A stretch of DNA of 64,000 nt. Source: the human T2T-CHM13v2.0 reference genome, Homo sapiens. Under the pieces are notes generated by a model that saw only the letters and a list, made by a program, of their open reading frames with translations, had not been told where the DNA came from and ran no database searches. Made by a program: the position numbers and the translations under genes. Location: assembly GCF_009914755.1 (NCBI RefSeq), contig NC_060928.1; one strand, written 5' to 3'. Shown here piece after piece: positions 57,785 to 64,000 of this stretch; positions within the stretch are counted from its first letter, which is position 1, and each line of letters begins with the position of its first letter.

Positions 57785-58150
57785 AATTGAGCATTCATTA
57801 ATCTATGCAAAGAACTGTGCTTGATGCATGGAGTGTAGAAAGGTTTGCACAACATTTCCAAAGACTAGGAGATGAAGTGCCATATTCATGCTGTTGACAC
57901 AGAGGAAAATTACTTAATGCCGCAAAAGCACAGCATGCTTTGCAATTTCAGAGGAGGAAAAAATTAAGATCCTCTTTTAGAAAGTAATCAAAGGAGTCAA
58001 TACATTTGAGCTAAGTTGTCAAGGCTGGCTGGACTTTTGACATGTGAAGAAGAGAAGAACAGACTTTACAAGTGAAGAAAAATCATGAGCTAAGGAAAAG
58101 AGGCAGACGTGCATGTAAAATGTGGACAAAACACCTCAGAAAGTGTGGCA
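57785..58150 (-). mobile_element. L2 3' relic (antisense)
   Basis: 'attgagcattcattaatctatgcaaagaactgtgcttgatgc...atttgagctaagtt' degenerate. Confidence 0.5.
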
Positions 58151-58344
58151 TAATACATCAGGTTCATGGGCATACAAGTCTTATAGAACAAGGAACAGTG
58201 AAAAAGAAGAATATAGTAACAAAGGTAAAGGCTATGTCAGTGGTTGAGCTGCAGGTGATTTTCACTTTTACTTTCTTTCCAAATTTGCGATTTTATTAAA
58301 AAATATGTATAGTGACAAGAATTTATCTTATGACCTTACAAACA

Positions 58345-58538
58345 TAAATGACCTTACTCATTTGATCATGTTGACAATAGTATGAGGTGGGTGTAAATAC
58401 TGCAGATGAGAAAATAGGGATAGAGAGGATAAGAAATTTAATCAAGGGTGCACAACTAGTGGATACCAAAGCTGGATATTGAGCCTAGAAAGGTTTAATC
58501 CAAAGTCCAAGCTCTTCGCCAAATTTGCTCTACTGTCT
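58345..58538 (-). mobile_element. MIR
   Basis: 'ctcatttgatc...tatgaggtggg...cagatgagaaaatagg...caagggtgcacaactagt...aaagtccaagctctt'. Confidence 0.8.
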
Positions 58539-59759
58539 CTCTTTCCTATTGTTTATAATTAATAATTATAATATTAAGAAAAATAAGCAGCAACATGGTA
58601 AATGATTATACAAACTTTATTTGTATAGATAATCCATTTCCATGAACCAATTTATCTTTGATCCAGCCCTATGCATACAGGAATAAAATAACATCAGAGT
58701 GGCTTTTCTCATGAGCAAAACTGCAGAATCTGTAGTTTAAAATAGATTTTTAAGGTCCCAAAGTAACTGTTGATTTCCAATGGTTTTGAATTTGGTCCCC
58801 TTAAGAAAAACTGTAACCACTGATAAACTTCTTATAGACCTTGTTACAGGAAGTGAGGTTGGCCAAACGCTGGCATTTTTGAAATTTGTTTTTCTATTTA
58901 TCTGCAAATATTTTTTGCCATACTAGTTATTTTCAAGAGAGGGAAGGAAAAGATTAATAAGAAAAAAACAATAAGGTTTTATTCATACCCGAAGCCATTC
59001 AGAGTAGAACCCCAGATATGCAGTATTTGTTTGGGACTCAAGAGTTACAAGTTTACCTCACTTTATAAAATGGTCCATTCCTCAGACATCCCAACTCAAT
59101 ACCTGAATGTACTATGTACTCCCAAGTGGAAATGCTCTCTACTTAGTGTCTCTAGCTTTAATTACTGTTATGCAATAGTTATCTAACAATGGAAATAATT
59201 CTTTTAAATCAACCCATTGTTACATTACTACTTGTATTCAACACAAATGAATGATACTTAAATCAAGGAAGACATATTGACAATTTTGTTCAAAAGAAAA
59301 AATTGTCTATGAAAATCCTCACGTGTTACCAGTTAAAAGAAACTTAATGTAAACTAAGAAACATCTAATAATTTTGGTACGAAAATAGAAGATAAATATT
59401 TAAGTAGAACATAAGAATGAGAAGGGCCAGACTGAAATTGAAGTAGGACTGACCTTTACTGAACCCAATCTCTTTAGAGAAACTGCTCATTTTGGGTGGT
59501 GTAGCTGAATTATTAGTTAATAACATACTACTTACTCTTAAAATATGTGGACAGAAAATTTGACATAATATATGCATCCTGTTAATAAAGAAAAAATTCT
59601 GGTATAAAAAATGAAAGTTAATAATTAAAATTTATAAATACTTGTCCAAAGTTTCTCCCCTTCCAGGAAGTATTTAGTTGCAAAACATTCTGAGGTTTTT
59701 GTTTTTTACTTTCTTCTGATTTCAGTATGCAAGTAACTAAGTTATATATAACTATATTT

Positions 59760-60470
59760 TAATACTTTTAAATTAAGGTATTACATATATGAAGGGAAAA
59801 ATCTTAAATGTATATGCCTTCTTACATATAACAAATCAGCATATAATTACCATCTAAGTCAAAATGCAGAACATCCAGTTAACAACCTCCTTTGTCCCAC
59901 AAAGGCAGCCATTATTCTGACTTCAGAAAACCATAGGCTAGTTTTGGCTGTTTTTTGAACTTCATATAAATGAAATCATATATTATGTAGATGTTAGTGA
60001 CTGGCTGCTTTCACTTAATGTACTGTAAGATTCATCCACATTTTTGCAGTCAGTTGGAGTTTTTCAAAAACTTTCTGCATTATATGACTATACTATATTA
60101 TATATATCCATTAACTGTTATTGGACATTTGGATTTTTTTTCAGTAACAGAACATGACTAATATTGCTGCTAGGAAGATTCTTGTATAGAACTTTTGGTG
60201 AACATATACTCTTAACTGTTGGGCCAATACATAGTAATGGAATTTCTGGCAAAAGGCATTGATTCAGATTTAGTAATTATGTCTAATCCTTCTCCAAAAT
60301 GGTTTTATCAATTTACATTCCCAACATACCATATGAGAATTCCAGTTGCTCTACATCCTTAAAAATACTTAGAAATATCAGTAATTTTAAAAATGTCATA
60401 TATTTTGGTATATGTATTACTAGTAGAAACTCATTTGAGATTTAGTTTGCATTTCTCTGATACTAAGACA
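59760..60470 (-). mobile_element. L1ME-type 3' relic
   Basis: 'gccattattctgactt...ttttgaacttcatataaatgaaatcata...tggacatttgga...tttacattcccaaca...gagaattccagttgctctacatcct'. Confidence 0.88.
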
Positions 60471-61899
60471 TTTATATTTTAAAGAGTTTTTAAAGAAAAA
60501 GAGGAATGGATTACTATTTCTAATCCACAATTTGGGCAGGTATCAATATAAACTATGACAATCCATGAATATGTCTCCCAAGGAACATAGTCAACTTTAT
60601 TAATTCAGAGAGTGCTAGCAAAATTAAAAAAAACAAAATTCTAGAATAGAATGCATATGTCATAGAACAGCTAAATATTAATAGAACTAAAAATACTAGT
60701 TTTTATTATTTTGTGGTATAACCAATGCTAATTTTAAGCTATCAAAATGCTACATACACTTCCAATCACTTCCAAATTTAGATAAAAAATTTGATTTGGG
60801 AAAAATATTTCAAATCTCACAATTTTGTTGTATTTGAGACAGACTTAAATGTTTGTATTTTCTTTCTTTTTTACAATGAGGCTTCACACTTTTGACATGT
60901 AAGATGGAAAAGCGCAACTTGATGTGATTAGTGTTCCCTTCTTAGACTATGTCATTCCTACTACTAGTTAGATTTGTATTTCAGATGACTACAAATAAGA
61001 CAAGCCTAACAAGATTCATAATTCTGGTCTTGCAGCTGAAAGAGTTTCAATTTTAAATAAACTGCTGGCACTATCCTTGTAAGGAACTGGCAAAAACAGT
61101 TACATCCATTGAAACTAAAATTTAACGTGGGAATTTTGCATATTATATTCAGCAAACAAACACTTTCATGTGAGGAAAAAAGGGGGAAAGGGCTGTTTTA
61201 TAACAATGAAGTTATGAAAATTTTAAGTCATAGAGGTGCTGCCGTTATATTTTCAGTGCATTGGAGGTTTTTATGTATGAATTCTTGATTCTGATATTCA
61301 TTTTAAACTTGTTAAATTCAAGAAATAACTTTTCCAGCACTGAAATGAAACAGGTTGCCTGGTTAGCTTGCAGAGTAATTTTAGAGTAAACTATATACAC
61401 AGTTAAAACAAATGCTACAGAAACTGTCCTCAATAAAGAAAGATAGAATGTCTATGGACTCTTGGTAAAATGTAAAATGCACCCAGGGTTTAATGTGTAT
61501 CCATTTTATACAAATTCTAAGATGATAGATGTGATCAAGCCTAATTTTAAAATTAGCATACCGTTTGAATATTTAACATGTACACTCACACAAGCGGAGC
61601 TTCATGAGCAAGGGGATCTTTGTATAAAGATTTAAAATTTTTTCTCTCTTCCAAATGAAGTATAATAAATGAAGGAATGAAGTTTGTACATTTTCTTTCT
61701 GTTATTTGTTATCCAAGTTCTCTTTTTTTAATGATTGCCCACTTCTGAATTAGGCATTTGATGTTGAATGGGGTATATATATAGTTTACTCATGTTAGAA
61801 AGGCTTCAATTAGATGTTCAAGCTCTTGAGAAATTCTCTATGTAATTCTTTCATGTAATTCTCTACAGTAGAAAAAATGGAAAGAAAGTGCCTTTGTCA

Positions 61900-62085
61900 A
61901 CTTCACTCACTCATTCTTTTTTCACTGATTTACTCTTTCTATTCATAAATATTTACTTAGTATTATCTATATGCCAATTATTCTGCTGGGCCAAAGGGAT
62001 TAAAATAAAACAACACATCAACATAGTGCCTTTGATTGAAGATGCTACCCTCCCAGTAGCTAGACAAAACAAAAATGTAAGATAA
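61900..62085 (-). mobile_element. L2 3' relic (antisense)
   Basis: 'attcataaatatttacttagtattatctatatgccaattattctgctggg'. Confidence 0.6.
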
Positions 62086-62949
62086 AGCAGAACAACAAGT
62101 GCAAGAGGACAGGCAATCAGACAATGGATAGGGAAGAAGAGCTAGGCGTGGTGGCAGAGGACTCTTTTTGGCATTTAGGTGGACTTTACAATTATTATAA
62201 CTCTAGGGTAGTTGGTATTATGACTTGCACTTTATGGATGAAGAATCTAGGACAAAGACAGAATGTAATTGACTTGAGGCAATCTTAACTGCATTATCAC
62301 AATGACAGAAAGGTGAGTTGCTATATTCTTTTTTGATTGAAAAGTCTGGATAGAAATGGCATTTCAATCAAGTTTGCAGCAGCCTTTGAACAAAACGTTA
62401 AAATTCTGATTTAATTTATGTATCAATATTATAAAGACTAAATATAAAAAAGTAATTTGTAAAGTAACAATCAAGGAAAATTGGACATGCTGAGAGTGGT
62501 AAAAATCTACTTTAAGGACTAACTTTTTAATTTCTTTTCACTGGGTTTTAAATTTTTAACCACAATGAAATTAAAATATATTATTTTCTTAATATAACTT
62601 TTGAAATCTCACTGTTCTATTGTTTTCTATAGTGTAGTAATTGTCCTCAAGATACCAATGGGACAAAGGGGAAAAAATAAGAGACCTATATGTGCTTCTA
62701 TTTAAGAAGCTTTGTAACTTTTGAATAGAGAGAAAAAATAACATATTGTTTATACCAAAACATATTTGAGATTTAAAATAGGCACAAATAATTCTGAAAA
62801 AGAATCATCCAAATATTTTAATAGAGCTTAAGTAGGATACTTTCTCTCATCAAACTTTCATTGTAACTTTATTTCTTCTATATCCAGCTACATTAATCTT
62901 GATATTTAAAATTATGGTAGAGAAGTTATGAAATTAGACAACTAGGTAC

Positions 62950-63130
62950 ATTTCTTAGGATCACTGCTTCCTTGCTGCACATATTCAAACAAATTACTTT
63001 ACCCTCCTAAGTCTTTCAACAGTAAAATGGCAGCAATAATAATGGCTGCCTCATAGAATTATTATAGGCAAAGCACTTAAAGCAGTGCCTGTACAGAGAA
63101 CAAAAAAATCAATGAAGGTTAGCTACTAAT
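62950..63130 (+). mobile_element. MIR
   Basis: 'gtaaaatggcagcaataataatggctgcctcatag...aaagcacttaaagcagtgcctg...aatgaaggttagcta'. Confidence 0.82.
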
Positions 63131-63639
63131 TTTTATCTACAGTTGTATGTACTCAAAATTATCATATATATTTATCCTTTTCTGCTGCAATAATTCTGAT
63201 GCCATAGTGATCAGATTGACTTAACAATTTTTTCAGAAAAGCTCTTACAGTTCATTTTTGCCAATTAAGTATTTTTTTTCCCTTCATCAGAACACTGCTT
63301 AAAAATCGTGCCAACTGTGGCACCTTCTAATGCTAACCAGGTATATATATCAATATGTCAATGATAACACATTTAAGCAAATGTAGGTAAATTGTATGAC
63401 AGTATCACAGACGATGAAATCAGAGTTTGGGAGCTATAATATGTGGTAGAAATAACCATCTACTCCTCAGGTTAAGTGATTTGTTCCAGGCCACATGACA
63501 TTTTTTGCAGGGCAGGACTAGATCCCATATATTCTGATTTCTAGTGCATGGTTTGTTGTTTCTAGCATGGTAATATAATATATTGTTTAACTAAGACACT
63601 TTTGTGAAAGAAAGAGGGCACTATAAAAAACATATTGGA

Positions 63640-63769
63640 AATATATATAATATATATAATATATTATATATTTATATTATATATATTATTATATATATTA
63701 TATATATTATATATAATATATATATAATATATTATATATAAATATATTATATATACTATATTATATATA
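63640..63769. repeat. AT-only low-complexity (TA/TTA/TAA) tract
   Basis: ~130 bp almost exclusively A/T. Confidence 0.95.
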
Positions 63770-64000
63770 GCTAATTTGTTGTCTCAGGCAAACTAGGATT
63801 ATGGCATACCAGCCATGAATTAATAGATAAAATGGAAATTTTGTCAAGTATTTTAATATGGAGAATTTAACATGGGGTATTTTTAAGGTATACAGAAATG
63901 GAAAAGCAATCAGGGAACACTAAGTTAGACAGTAACTGTAAGAATCAACCCTCATTTCTTGGGGTGGGAAAACAAAAATAAAGACACTGATATTTTCAAA

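Overview
AT-rich, gene-poor primate (very likely human) non-coding DNA, either a deep intron or intergenic. I see no credible protein-coding exon, CpG island, tRNA/rRNA gene, NUMT or processed pseudogene. The supplied ORFs are either derived from Alu, L1 or tandem repeats, or are short ORFs with no recognisable homology. The window is mostly interspersed repeats: 8 full-length Alus plus 2 partial ones, about 10 L1 pieces from old (L1M) to young (L1PA), many L2/MIR relics, ERVL/MaLR LTRs (MER21-, LTR40-, MLT1-like), DNA transposon relics (MER5, MER53, Tigger4) and microsatellites. The most unusual element is a ~670-bp minisatellite (28172-28840) made of ~20-bp palindromes joined by GTG, with 28 TGCATG/CATGTG motifs. 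Other leads are a candidate non-coding exon with strong splice signals (1254-1470), a fold-back inversion inside an Alu relic, a MER53 hairpin and a very short, young L1 insertion. I found no evidence of a novel multi-component biological system. Repeat subfamily names come from recalled consensus sequences, not alignments, and boundaries of old elements are approximate.
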